Positions 13,638-27,079 of a stretch of 63,662 nt of DNA are shown here, piece by piece (positions within the stretch are counted from its first letter, which is position 1; the number at the start of each line of letters is the position of its first letter). This stretch comes from Octopus bimaculoides (Eukaryota): positions 28,612,051 through 28,675,712 of the forward strand of contig NC_069003.1 in assembly GCF_001194135.2 (NCBI RefSeq). The letters are read 5' to 3'. A model generated the notes under the pieces. That model was not told the DNA's origin. It saw only the letters and a list, made by a program, of their open reading frames with translations, and ran no database searches. The translations under genes and the position numbers were made by a program.

Positions 13638-13847
13638 AGGCGTCGGCGTGATTATGCGGTAAGAAGATTACTTCTGAATCACACGGTACTATGTTCAATT
13701 CCATTGTGACGCTCATTGGACAAGTGTCTTCTACTGTAGTCCAAGGTCGACCAATGACTTGTGCATTGGGGAGGAAAACTAAAAGAAGCATGACGTATAC
13801 ACATATATACATATTTAGATACACACACACACATACACGTATACGCA

Positions 13848-13890
<43 letters not shown>
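13638..13890 (+). mobile_element. degenerate family-C SINE ending in an expanded (CA)/(TG) tract
   Basis: tRNA-like head GCGGTAAGAAG...GTTCAATTCC, CORE-like GGACAAGTGTCTTCTACTGTAG, and AACTAAAAGAAGC followed by the microsatellite. Confidence 0.7.
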
Positions 13891-13892
<2 letters not shown>

Positions 13893-14599
13893 TTGTGTCC
13901 TACACTACGGTTTGACTACCGGAGAGGGTTTGTTTACGGCACCGTTTTTCATATTTAAAATCAGGACATTACTTATGGGATAACTAGATATAGACAACAC
14001 ACACATATACATGTACACACAAAAATGTAGACGTAAATGCTATATATTCGCGCTCATGCATATACATGAAAACAACAGGTCATTTCTTGTCTGTCATATA
14101 AAAACAAGAATGCCGTGATAGCACGCAAGCTAATTATTTTCAGTGCAGATAAAGGCACTCTTTCGTCCCTCCCACATATTGTGCTAACGTGAAATCGCAG
14201 AAATATCTGCTAGAAGAAAAGTTTGCAAGAGCATTAGACTGTCTGTCGTTTCCAGTTGAGTAGACAGAAAAAAGATGAAATAATGTGCGTTGCTCAAGAC
14301 ATAATACGTCACCTGATGTAGGAATTGAACCCATGATCTTATGAGTTCTACCAACAAAATCCTACGTATTTCATATCTCTCGAAATATAGAACTATTTAG
14401 TTGCGTAATGTGCAATTTTAATGGAGAATAGATGAAATAATCTGAAGATATTATCTAGGGATTATTAAGGGGAGAATAGGGAGCACCAGTCGCCTATTCC
14501 GGGGTTTGCTAAGAATGAGAAAAAGGTATCATTAGACAGGAGAACTGGTCCAAGTCTGGGCAATAAACTGGATTTTGATAAAGGTACCCAAGATCGAAG

Positions 14600-14900
14600 T
14601 GGTGTTGTTAATCAGGTGAAAATATTGGGTTTGTAACAAAAGTTACTCTCTACAGATTTGAAATTGGATGAAGATTAAATCGAAACTAAATGGTGTTGTC
14701 GATTTGCCAGGAGTATAACTATCTTTCTCTGAGGAAACAGCAATACTATAAATAATATTACTGTAGATAAACGTATGGACATTACAAAAGTCATGTATAA
14801 AATATTCTTCGCCACTTCAGTTTAGATCAATTTTGAAAGGAGCAACTAATTTGATCAGATGCTTAACTAGGTTAACAAGCTGTTGAGAACATAGGAAACT
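14600..14900 (+). mobile_element. probable degraded L1/Tx1-type LINE ORF2 (post-RT) relic
   Basis: Broken frames give VKILGL..STDLKLDED, LSLRK/AIL.NNI and F.KGATNLIR, recalling Tx1 VKILGVWF..DL...NW, LSLKGRA and FLWKG..PLVR. Confidence 0.4.
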
Positions 14901-16501
14901 CAATGGGAAACCAATTTATGATATGATGAATTGTCTATCTCCGCCTGTATCTGTTGGAAATGCTATATAATATAACAGTGAAGACCAAATTAGAAACTTA
15001 AGTAGTAAGAGAAGGAGAAAGCAGAGGTTTGAGTACATGATACTTAGTTTGTTCAATAAATCAATTCCACTGCCTACTGAATATCCGTTAAGAAACATGA
15101 AATGACATCTATAGGCTTAACAATCTGGGACTAGCTCGAGTGGTAAATTAACAATGGTATATCATGTGTAGTTATTTTAATCTGTCAAGTTAAGCACAGA
15201 TATTAACTAATAGGTGACACCATAACACGAAGGGAAAATACTGAGGAGAAATGAAGTATGAGATAAATAGCAGGAAAATAGACCGATAAGAATTTTGCAT
15301 CATTTGAACAGAGTATAATGGATTTGCTGGATGTTAAATTATAGATTTAACTCTTAGGAAAAGTAGAAAATTAACATTTCTCGTTACTGCCCTGTAGAAC
15401 GATTCTAATTGTTATTAGATGCGTAATTATTTGGAAGCAGCAAATACTACTGACTGAAGTGAGGGTTTCTCTAGGAGTTAGCAAATAGCTTTTAAATTAT
15501 AAGAAATGATAGGTTTGTTTGGCTGTTGAACTATACTTCTCAACAAACAGTTGAACGTTGAGAAAAAAAAAAAGATAATTATTGATAATTGTTTATCAGC
15601 TCATTCATTGCATAACGTATTGATAGATTAATAGAGGAAATAGAATACAACTCACATGCTGGCTGAAATCAAAGCAGGCATATTCTTTCTTAACAATCTT
15701 CTTAATGAGTTTCATTACGACTGATAGAAGTCAGATCTGATTAGCTTTAATAGACTTTAAATGGAAAAGTTATTTTTAGTTACTTTCATTAGTTAAATCT
15801 AATTGGATGAAATTGATTTAAATTTACTGAATAAAAAACTTTTATAATTTTCGAACGTAGAGAAAGTGAGAGATAGAGAGAAGGAGGGGGTAGAGAAATA
15901 AAGAAGGAGAGAGAGAAGGAGAGAGAGAGATTACTATAAGTTCAAATCATTAATGCACTTTGTTTTTTGGCATAAGAACAATACCCGTTATGTGTAATGA
16001 AAGAGTCTGTAACATTAATGAGCGCAGAAAGCTCATTACAATGTCATTGATTCTGAATTTAATTTAATCTGGAATCGATATCAGATCAGGAAATTAGTCT
16101 GTAGGGAGCTGACCTCAACTCTTTGACAGTTTTTAGTTTTACGACAAAATGCAGCGCTCATCAGTATTTTCCAGGTTATTTGCGATATATGGTTAGACAG
16201 CGTCAAACAAATTGATATCTCAAATCTTGCAGCCAAGGGTGGAATGTCAGAAATGGAGCGAATTTTGAAGAGGTCACGTAGGGTCCCGTTAGTATTTATA
16301 TTAGTTTTAAACCTGATAAAAGGTTACATCTACAATTCAATGAGAAGTACTGTCCAATCAACTTGGATAAAACTAAGACTGATAGACAGTGCCCACTCTA
16401 GGTATTGTGCAGTGGCAATCAAATTTTAACCACATAATTACAAAGTAAACGCCTTAAGCATAGCAACCCAGTTTCTATGGCAACATGTTACTGGTACTTC
16501 G

Positions 16502-16725
16502 TCGGTTACGACAATGAGTGTTCCAGTTGATCCGATCAACGGAACAGCCTCCTCGTGAAATTTACGTGCAAGTAGCTGAGCACTTCAGGTACTACTCACT
16601 TTTGCCAGCTGAGTAGACCGAGGCAACGCGAAAAAAAATATCTTGCTCAAGGACACAACGAACTGCCAGGAATCGAACTCATGAGCTTACGATCGTGAGC
16701 CGATTATCCTAAACACTAAACCACG
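16502..16725 (-). mobile_element. tRNA/CORE-like SINE, family B
   Basis: Reverse complement reads GTGGTTTAGTG...GAGTTCGATTCC...GTGTCCTTGAGCAAGA...CTACTCAGCTGGCAAAAGTGAGTA...TTTCACGAGGAGGCTGTTCCGTTGATCGGATCAAC. A more decayed copy lies near 14240-14350. Confidence 0.8.
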
Positions 16726-17044
16726 AGCAGCTATTGAGATGTTATAAAGCAAAAAGTGATAGCTATCTTGTCTAAAATCATAATGCTGCGATAATTCATA
16801 ATGAACATAGAAAGAAACAGCCTGGAGGTTGTTTATCATGAAGTATAGATAAGAAATATGTCCACACTCCTGAGGTTCTTTGAAAATTTAAACACATCTT
16901 ATCTCTAACTTCGATGAAAATATGGATCTACTTATCTGTCACCTAGCTTATATCATTATTCAACTCATCGATCATTGTTTACTTTGTGTAACGAATATGG
17001 TAGTTCTTTAGTTCTTCTCTCAATCGCTCTGTATATATCTACGT

Positions 17045-17047
17045 CTA

Positions 17048-17098
<51 letters not shown>
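17045..17098. repeat. (TCTA)n microsatellite
   Basis: Direct reading; other copies near 21460-21500, 49365-49465, 56348-56433 and 61245-61300. Confidence 0.95.
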
Positions 17099-18534
17099 AC
17101 ACTATCACACACACACGCACACACAAACACGCGCGCGCACACACAAACATACACACGAACGCAAACACATACAAACACACGAACACGAACACATATGCAG
17201 ATAAACCTCAAAAGTATGTCGTTTCGAGTTACATCTTTCTCAATTTTATGTCGTTTTCCTTTTACGGAATTCATGGCAAAAAATAATTTTGAACCTCAGT
17301 CGAAGGTACGTATATGTGCATATTTATATATGTATAAATATGGGTGAGTGTGTCTATGTGATTGTATACACACGCGTACAAATACCCTCCTCACACATCG
17401 ATGCGTAAATATATATTCATGTGTGCATGTATGTATATGCATACACAAATATATATCTATTCATGTCTATATATATATATATATATATATTTACATATAC
17501 ATCAGGCGAAGCGAGCACAGAGGAAATGAAATAACGTGTTCGAACTTATTTGCTCGTAAAATGACAAACAAAAGAAATCTTATGTTTTAGTCTAAAATGT
17601 CTGTTTCATTGTGCTTCATATTTCATCTTTGCAACGTTCATCTGAAGGAAATGAAACTATTCATGACTTGTTAGCTGTTTTGAAATGGGAATGTTTCAAA
17701 AAACTAGTTTTCATTTTGAGCACTTCGAATTACATATTGTCATATTTATTATTTCCTGCAACGAATTACATTCATTAAGGAACGTTGATAAATATTTACG
17801 AATTGCTAGGTGTTTTCTGTGTCTCAGAATTTGATCTTTTAAGCAAACTAAGCATATATGTATGCTACAGAGAATTTAAATCATGGCGAATTCTTCAATC
17901 TTCAAACGAGATGAAAACTTTCTAATTCTACATTTCTATAATACAGTTTAGCAATCTAAACCACTGCCAGTCGTCATTATCTACCTTTTAGTCATCTGGC
18001 TTCAGGTTATACGTCATATAACAATGCACAAAGGCGCCATTGCATGTGTATGGCATTATTTAAATTAGGAGAAGAGTGAAATATCTTTTGATTAACCAGA
18101 CGTTTAAATTTTAATATTTTTGAACTTTGATATACCATATAACGAAGATAGATAATGGTTGGTAGACATTTTGTTTAGAATCATCAAACTTCCTTGTGAT
18201 TAAATGGAATGGATATCGAAAGAAACTACCTACGTAGGCATTTATCGTGAACTTTGGATAAGAAACACTTCCATTCATAATTCCAACACGTAAATCTTAT
18301 CGCTGAAAATATGTATCTATCTGCCTACTGCCTAGATTGTATCATTCTTAGAATGAACATTCATTGTTGTATTTGAAAGGAAATAATGGATATGTCTTTC
18401 CAGTTGTGTTTCTGTCTGTCTGTCTCTCTCTCTCTCTCTCCCTCTCTTTCTTGTTAAATAGTTAAATATATATGTACATGACAGTATATATCTCAAACAG
18501 TCTGAACATGAGATTTTCAATGAGAATGCTCAGT

Positions 18535-18673
18535 GGTGAGCTGGCAGGCAAAATGCTTAGCACGTTAGACAAAATGCTTAGCGGCATTTCGTCCGTCGTT
18601 TCGTTCTGAGTTCAAATTCCGCTGTCGTCGACTTTGCCTTTCATCCTTTCGGGGTCGATAAAATAAGTACCAG
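18535..18673 (+). mobile_element. family-A SINE truncated by (TA)n
   Basis: GGTGAGCTGGCAG head with an internal CAAAATGCTTAGC duplication, followed by the core block. Confidence 0.85.
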
Positions 18674-18675
18674 TG

Positions 18676-18706
<31 letters not shown>

Positions 18707-20182
18707 AACAAAATTAAGGGATCAGCAACAGGTTGCTTCACCACATACCGAAGTTCAGAAATAGCAGCTAAAAATGCTGAAACTCCAACAGATAGCAGTT
18801 ACCCGCAACTCACATAGGCAAAACAAGAAGAAAAATAACGAACTAAACTAGCCATAGTTAATCATAGACATGTTTCTGGTTTAGAAGGAAAAACTCTTCA
18901 TTACCTCATCGGTATGATATTCCAGTTGCAAATTCGACGATACTGGCAAATGTGCATGCATGATCTNNNNNNNNNNNNNNNNNNNNNNNNNNNNNNNNNN
19001 NNNNNNNNNNNNNNNNNNNNNNNNNNNNNNNNNNNNNNNNNNNNNNNNNNNNNNNNNNNNNNNNNNNNNNNNNNNNNNNNNNNNNNNNNNNNNNNNNNNN
19101 NNNNNNNNNNNNNNNNNNNNNNNNNNNNNNNNNNNNNNNNNNNNNNNNNNNNNNNNNNNNNNNNNNNNNNNNNNNNNNNNNNNNNNNNNNNNNNNNNNNN
19201 NNNNNNNNNNNNNNNNNNNNNNNNNNNNNNNNNNNNNNNNNNNNNNNNNNNNNNNNNNNNNNNNNNNNNNNNNNNNNNNNNNNNNNNNNNNNNNNNNNNN
19301 NNNNNNNNNNNNNNNNNNNNNNNNNNNNNNNNCTTTCGGGGTCGATAAAATAAGTACCAGTGATATATATATATATATATATATATGCGAGTAAAAATAA
19401 ATACAAAAAAGGTGGTTTTTTTGTATGATTGTGTATAGAGGAATATATTATTTTGTTTACAAATGCATCACTCCAGTATGCCCTCAGCCTTATTACCGCC
19501 GAAATATACGAAAGGATTAACGAATAAAAGAACATATACATGGAGGCAAACACGTTGGATCAAAAGAAAATTGCGAATATTCCAAAACCCCAAACCTTTA
19601 ATTTTTAGAAAAGAACGAAAGAAGTGACAGCCATTTTGATACAGTTTTGATGGCAAACAGGAATATAGATGAATTCGAAAAATGAATGAACACAAAAGTA
19701 ATTTTCCAAACGCAAATGAAGTGTACCACGTAATTCCTTGCTTTCTCGTTTCTGAAAATTTATATTTGAACAATTTTTCCTTGAAGATACCAACACCAGT
19801 GACGAAACATGATATAATTTTACCAATGTAGTCTGTTTTATCAATTTAGTCCATTGAAAGTTTGGGAAACGTTGATCGTCAGAGTGGACATAAATTGATT
19901 CGGTTGTTCAGAACTGTCTCTGTTAAGATTATATTTCTTGCACTTTATGCTGCTTTTGTTGAGCTCTGACAATATTCGCGATACATATGAAACTTAGTGA
20001 TATTATCTTTTGAATTCATGTCCAAACTAGTACTTGAGATGCGAGAATGAGTCACATATGGCGTAATGGTTGAATCAACTGTTATATTACGCACCCAACT
20101 CTTTTCGTTATCTGTCAATGGTTTCTCTGCCATAGCCATGACGCTAATTCCTGAAGGAAACCAGATAATTAGTGCGTTAGCG

Positions 20183-20225
<43 letters not shown>

Positions 20226-20689
20226 NNNNNNNNNNNNNNNNNNNNNNNNNNNNNNNNNNNNNNNNNNNNNNNNNNNNNNNNNNNNNNNNNNNNNNNNNNN
20301 NNNNNNNNNNNNNNNNNNNNNNNNNNNNNNNNNNNNNNNNNNNNNNNNNNNNNNNNNNNNNNNNNNNNNNNNNNNNNNNNNNNNNNNNNNNNNNNNNNNN
20401 NNNNNNNNNNNNNNNNNNNNNNNNNNNNNNNNNNNNNNNNNNNNNNNNNNNNNNNNNNNNNNNNNNNNNNNNNNNNNNNNNNNNNNNNNNNNNNNNNNNN
20501 NNNNNNNNNNNNNNNNNNNNNNNNNNNNNNNNNNNNNNNNNNNNNNNNNNNNNNNNNNNNNNNNNNNNNNNNNNNNNNNNNNNNNNNNNNNNNNNNNNNN
20601 NNNTATACATATATATTTCGCTAACGCACTAATTATCGCTCCCGCTCCCCAAAAACTTCGGACCTTGTCCCTAGAATTGAAAAGAATAC

Positions 20690-20747
<58 letters not shown>

Positions 20748-21052
20748 GTGCGTCGGTGTTTATGTAACCTAGCAGTTCGTCAAAAATAAGTGCCATTCGA
20801 CAAAAAGACTACAAAGCGGTGCTCAGCATGACCGCAGTCTACTTGTATATATGTATTTATGTATGCCTCCATGCATGTATGCATATAAGTTGGTACTTGT
20901 ATGTACTATTTTAGAGTCAACTTACTGTATAATGTATTGAGTATTAAGATTGAAAGCTTCCACTTCCTTCGAAACTTGCAATTAAAGTAAATGTGTGTGT
21001 GTGTGTGTCTCTCTGTGTGTGAGTGTGTGAGTGTGTGGGTGCGTGCGGCTTT

Positions 21053-21095
<43 letters not shown>

Positions 21096-21184
21096 TGTGT
21101 ATCTGGACGCAAAAAAGATGGATATATGATGGATATAAGTAAATTATCTGAAGTAAAAGCATCGGAAATATATCAGAGAGAGAG

Positions 21185-21245
<61 letters not shown>

Positions 21246-21457
21246 GATACACATACATACATGTGCATATACATATATACATAAATATACATATATATGT
21301 ATAGATAGGTGTAGATAGACGGAAAGATGATTACATACATATATATGAATATATATACATACATACATATATATGCACACATACATGTATGTGTATATAT
21401 GTATACACATGCACGTATATATGTATGTATCAATGGAAGTATCTTTCCCCCTCTCAC

Positions 21458-21501
<44 letters not shown>

Positions 21502-21943
21502 CACATATATAAGTATATTTATGTATATATTATATGTACCCACATATATATCAAAATATATTAGCAGCGTCGTCGCGTAACATACTTAAGAAATGATCCT
21601 TAAAAGCATGTGACTGTGTATTAGTATTTTGTATATCTTCTATAACTTGTAGTAATGGATGAAGAATACTAACTGCTTTTGAAATTCTCCAAAGTGGACT
21701 TACATTTCTCCTGTTGTAATGGACCTAAATTTTTTTGCATATTTCTGTGCCTGGGATTACGTTATTTCAGAAACCTGTCTAGAAATCCGTTTAGTGAAAA
21801 CTGAAATTGATATTCTACTTTTAATGTCAGCTCAATATATACAATTGCAAACGAGAAGAGGCAAACTTACTCACACGCAGACGCACTCATTCAACCACAC
21901 ATATATGTGCAATACACACAAATATACACACAAATTCGGATAC

Positions 21944-22308
21944 ACCGAGGTCGACTTTGCCTTTCATCCTTTTGGGGTCGATAAATCAAGTACCAGTTAC
22001 GCACTGGGGTCGATTTAATTGACTTAATCCCTTTGTCTATCCTTGTGTGTGCCCTCTATGTTTAGCCCCTTGTGGGCAATAAAGAAATAAGAAACGTTAG
22101 CACGCCGGACGAAATGCTTAGCGGTATTTCGTCTGGCGTTACGTTCTGAGTTCAAATTCCGCCGAGGTCGATTTTGCCTTTCATCATATCGGGGTCGATA
22201 AATTAAGGACCAGTTACGCACTGGTATTGATGTAATCGACTTAATCCCTTTGTCTGTCCTTGTTTGTCCCCTCTATGTTTAGCCCCTTGTGGGCAATAAA
22301 GAAATAAG
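21944..22308 (+). mobile_element. tandem dimer of a family-A SINE subfamily with a distinct tail
   Basis: Two units (21944-22091 and 22092-22308) share the tail TTAATCCCTTTGTCT...TTTAGCCCCTTGTGGGCAATAAAGAAATAAG. Confidence 0.9.
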
Positions 22309-22749
22309 ATAAATCGCCAAATGTATGCTGTGGCCTTCATAAGGCAGTAGGTCGACGCCAGCTGAACGGATTTGAAGGAAAACACTCAACACGAACTTAA
22401 ATAAATGAAGATTTCTAACCTTGTAAACTCTACATCATCACAGAAAGTCACACATTCGTATATTGTGTATTTTAAGCACAATTTTGCCCTGATTATCTTT
22501 TTTTTTTAATAAACATGAATAATTTATAGAATAGTTTTTAATGCATCATCCATAATTATGGTAATTTATTTAAAATGAAACTAAACAAATAAATCTGCAC
22601 TGAATTAATAATTAGTTTTCGTGAAAATATATTATACATCGTTATTGATATCTATATTTTTTTATTTTTTATTGCATTTGGTGAACAATGTTCTCAGTGG
22701 ATACAATTTCCAGTAGAACTATTACAGTATCACTGTGATTGTAATGGCA

Positions 22750-23175
22750 AGAAGGTAGTAAGGTGGTGGAATCGTTACAGTGCAGGATTTTATGCTTAGC
22801 GGCTTTTCTTCCGACTCTTTAGATCAATTTTACTTTTCATCACTCGAGGGACGATAAAATAAAACACCACTAAGGACAGGGTCAATGTAATCAAATAATT
22901 GCTTTCCCGTTAAAAGATTGCCGTCCTTGTGCTAAAATTAAAAAAAAATATGAATATTATTAATGAGACAAAACTGTGGTAGAGTCGTTAACGAGAAAAT
23001 GCTTAGCGACGTTTCTTCCGGATATTTTTGCTCTGAGTTTGCAGACGGCTGAGGTCGTCTTTGCTGTTAATACTTCCGGGGTCGGTAAATTAAGTACGAT
23101 TTAAATAGTAGGCTTCATGTAATTGATTTACTCGGCTCCCATAAATATTGGTGGCATTGTAACAAAATCAGAAAT
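22750..23175 (+). mobile_element. two old family-A SINE copies
   Basis: Degenerate ATGCTTAGCG and GGGTCG.TAAA.TAAGTAC blocks. Confidence 0.6.
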
Positions 23176-23543
23176 CAGTCATAGTGTGAAGAATGCGATA
23201 ACGTTCCACTGAAAAAAGGTGTGAATATCATCGATTATACTTTTCCTTCAAAAATCTGAAATCCGGTTGCTATCACATAAATATTTCATTCTCATTTGTT
23301 GTTTGTTCAGCAGGAAATTAAAAAGAATAATAGAATAACAGAATTAAGATAAAAAAAAAAAACAAGCTTCAAACACTTTATTTTTAAAGTATTAGCTTCA
23401 TAATGAATAAGTTCTTGTAAATAGCTGTAAGTTCAATGGAGTACATATGTACATCAGCTAACTTTTTTTTCGTTTAATTCTTTGTAGGCTGGTGATTGCT
23501 AAAATTTTAGATTTCTCAAAGATCCGATTCGCTACTACTACTA

Positions 23544-23553
23544 CTATTATTAC

Positions 23554-23637
<84 letters not shown>

Positions 23638-23640
23638 CAT
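23544..23640. repeat. (ATT)n microsatellite
   Basis: Direct reading; also near 32636-32692, 38786-38856 and 51131-51195. Confidence 0.95.
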
Positions 23641-24289
23641 TATTACTATTTCCATTATTATTATTGGATGACAAAATAGATTTTGTATATTTTAATTTTT
23701 GCACGAAATCAAATTATACTTAGGAACATTTACGTAAACGGATGACATGAAAAAAAAACAGAAATCGTACTAAATCAATATTGATTGTGAATAAACGTAT
23801 GAAAGCTTATTTTTTGAACATTTAAACGCATTTCTGAAGTGTAACTTGCACTAAAATTTAACCATGTCACTAATAGAAATGCAGATAATAATTACAAGAA
23901 ACATTAACAGGGAAATTAATTAACGAGACATCATTTCGCAATTCAAAGAATTTTTGTTAGAAGCTGACTTAATTCATTATAAGGATTTGTGCATTTCATA
24001 AATATGTTCATTTTTATACGTCTTCTAGGCTACCATAACGTTAAATTTTTTAATTCATTTTCTGAAACATTCTCACTTTACTACTTCGACAAATATGGAG
24101 ACGTCTATGTTTCACTGAAGAGGTCTAATATAAGTGAAACGTAACCAAAGGTGCATCCCGTCATTCCTGAAATGATTAGATTAATATCAGTCATTGAGTT
24201 AATCTCGTCTTTTCCCCAGCACGTATCTATTTCTTAGTAGAATCTAATGCACATAACATCGAAAAACATTATTTATATTATTTACATTT

Positions 24290-24352
24290 GATGGATATTT
24301 GTCCTCATCATGTTTGTTGTTAACGCAACGTTTCGGCTGATATACCTTTAGC
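24290..24352 (-). mobile_element. Penelope-like terminal-repeat fragment with half a hammerhead
   Basis: Minus strand GGCT-AAAGGTATATC-AGCC GAAACGTT GCGTT, i.e. stem II + GAAA + palindromic AACGTT; the CUGAUGA half is missing. Confidence 0.5.
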
Positions 24353-24354
24353 CA

Positions 24355-24708
24355 CCCCAAAAGCGGGTCTTCACCCTAAAAAAACTCTTGCTTTGTGTCT
24401 GGTGGGATTGGAAAGGAATTCTGTACTATGAGCTTCTCCCAAGTAACCAGACAATTAATTCTGAGAAATACTGTACACAATTGGACTAGTTAAAATCAGC
24501 AATTCAAGAGAAACATCCAGAATTGACCAATAGAAAGAGTGTTGTTTCCAACATGATAATGCAAGACCGCAAGTTAAAGGAAAGATGGTGACGCATTGTG
24601 CAACACATTGGTTCATATTTGGTTGATTAAAAATGTAATGGCAAGTATTTATTGACCTTTTTTTCTTTCCTTTAAAACATCGGCACGATCTTTCCGGACA
24701 AACCAATA
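24355..24708 (+). mobile_element. mariner (DD34D-type) transposase 3' fragment with internal deletion and right TIR
   Basis: PKAGLHPKK/LLLCVWWDWKGILYYELLPSNQTINSEKYCTQLD*LKSAIQEKHPELTNRKSVV/QHDNARP jumps to KERW*RIVQHIGSYLVD*. It ends CGGCACGATCTTTCCGGACAAACCAA followed by TA. Confidence 0.93.
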
Positions 24709-25026
24709 TGTTAAGTTCATTTCTAACATTGTCACTCGGGCATATCTATTTAGGAAGATGTGCACTCGATTAAATATATAACATTGCATTACTGATTCTA
24801 TTTTATAGAATTCAGAAGAGTCAAAGCGCAATGCTGACTTTGGTGATTTGAATATCTATTGTAGAGTAATGATTTTGGCTGCTACTCTATCAGATGTGTT
24901 ATTCTACTATAATATATTATTACATAATCGTAATCATGGTATTGCTGAACAGCCAAGAATTTCATTTCGGAAACACGAGGATCCAAATTCAATCTGCTCT
25001 TACTCCTTCCCTTACTCATAGCCACC

Positions 25027-25098
<72 letters not shown>

Positions 25099-26262
25099 CC
25101 TCTGTTTTATCTCTATTTAGTGACTCTGTCATCCCGATGCGTAACTAGCAAGCAATTACATCGGGTCAGCTACCATTTGATGTAGCCCTCGTCACTCAGC
25201 GCATCAAGCACTAATAGCAAATATGTAGTTACCACAAATGCTGCCCCATCACGACACCTGATTAATGAGGAACTGCAGGGGATCTTATAGAACTTTACCC
25301 TAACCATCACACTCTCTTTCCCAGGTTTCAATCACTTTCTTAAAATCACCAACTTGATTACTCATCACAAACGTTTTCTCTTAACAGGTAACATTACCAG
25401 TACAAATTGTTAGCGCATGCTCCTCTTCCTACAGGTCACTGTCTATTATCATCCATCACATTGCTAACACTAATCATTTATACAACGATCCATCACTCGC
25501 TGTGTCTCATTAACTTCTTTCATTACATCTATTTAGCGATTTTTCTTTGTTTTCAATCTCCTTTTCCATATTGTTACCACGATGACTTTCTCTCGCTTGC
25601 TATCAAAGTTCTCCATTTTATCGTAGCTTAGCAAATGCAATCGCCTTTTATTCTGTCGGCATTCTCGACCACATTACCTCGTACAAACGGTATACAACTC
25701 AGAGCAATGAAAATCACCTTATGTTTAGTAGAGTAAAAGATAATTTCAGTTATGCAGGTATAACTAAAAAAAAAGAAATGCATCCAATACATTCTGTAAA
25801 GTGCTGTTGGAATAGTGGAAATAACGTAGTATCAGGAAAACATTGAGATTTGTCTTATTGAGGACATTATAGTTTCTCTTGCGCTAGAATCACGATAGAT
25901 TGTTGCTAGTACACTATGGATTAGGAAGGAACCCACAGTCATAAAAGCCAAACCAAAATATTACGAATCGATCGATTTAAACCCAACTTATGTCACCATG
26001 AGGACAGACGTAAAATGACAATGATGATGATGATGACGGTACGTTTTGCAGACGAAAATGTGGTGGCCTATTGCAGAACGCATCTTTTATCCTTTAATAT
26101 TTACTTGTTTCAGTCATTAGACTGCGGCCATGCTGGGGCACCTATATACATTTGTAATATCGTTAGTTCGGTTTACATACATTGTGTTGGCGCACATGCA
26201 CATGTGCATATGTGCATATGTGTGTGTGTGTGTGTTTTTTGTGTGTGTGTGGGTGGGTGTTT

Positions 26263-26313
<51 letters not shown>

Positions 26314-26759
26314 TGCGTATATGCATGGAGACTGCGATATTTATTACGCTGAGTATTTTACTCATTTATTTCATTTTCGCCTTATCGATATCTTTGTCAA
26401 ATATTCATCAATTTTGACATAATCTTTTAAGATATTAAGGTAAATATTATTTGCCTGGATATACACTGGAATTGAACTTTTCCTTGCTATTACTTAAAAT
26501 TTCTTGTTAGCTCTTATTGTACAACAAATTGGACAAGTATCTACTACCGTGACATGCGTGGATCACCTTATATCAGGTAGTTCGTTTCTTGTCCGCGGCG
26601 ATGCTTTGTGGCTCAGTATAAGTAAACTAGCTTTAAAAATAGCTGTAAAAGTAGTACCGATCATCTAGATCTGTCCGATGGACGGACAGATTTAGAAAAA
26701 TAGCAAGAGACAACTACGTCCGTTATATGTCAGACTTTTTATCCTTGTTCCGGCTAAAA

Positions 26760-26896
26760 TTAACTTCCATGTCGCTTGTAAGGCTTGTGGAGGTGAAAAG
26801 CAGCAGAAATTAGATTGACGGTTACAAGCATCAATCTTCCTCTCAGTACGTTAACATGTTTCATGTACGGAGCATTAGAAGGTAAACTAGAAATAA
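26760..26896 (-). CDS. candidate exon of an unidentified gene (ISSLPSNAPYMKHVNVLRGRLML...)
   Basis: Strong acceptor ttactttctttcctctccacgcag and an open frame of 44 codons; the true donor may lie earlier (for example at 26825). Confidence 0.45.
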
Positions 26897-27029
26897 CTGC
26901 GTGGAGAGGAAAGAAAGTAATATTTTTCTATAAACAACAGGAGAGTTTCGCTTTAATCCAAACATTACCTTCACTGTACTTACTGAAGCAGAAACTAGAG
27001 AATCACTTAGCAAGTTTACAGCATTGTAC

Positions 27030-27079
27030 CTTCAGTGTCATAGGAAAATAATAATCTTAAAAAGATCTTTGTCTCGTTT
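27030..27079 (-). CDS. candidate 50-nt exon (NETKIFLRLLFSYDTE)
   Basis: AG...AAG|GTACAA; its phases (2 in, 1 out) link the 27615-27789 and 26896 exons into one open frame. Confidence 0.3.

Noticed and set aside
18646-19385. SINE end plus (TA)n repeated on both sides of the 18967-19332 gap
   Set aside because: The identical junction recurs immediately at the contig edge, so it is most likely an assembly or haplotype overlap.
19440-19800. Possible GIY-YIG/Penelope-like RKMNEHKSN segment
   Set aside because: Only a few residues match amid many stops, which is insufficient to classify it.
21944-22308. Repeat-spacer-like periodicity suggesting CRISPR
   Set aside because: It is a SINE dimer in a eukaryotic context with no cas genes.
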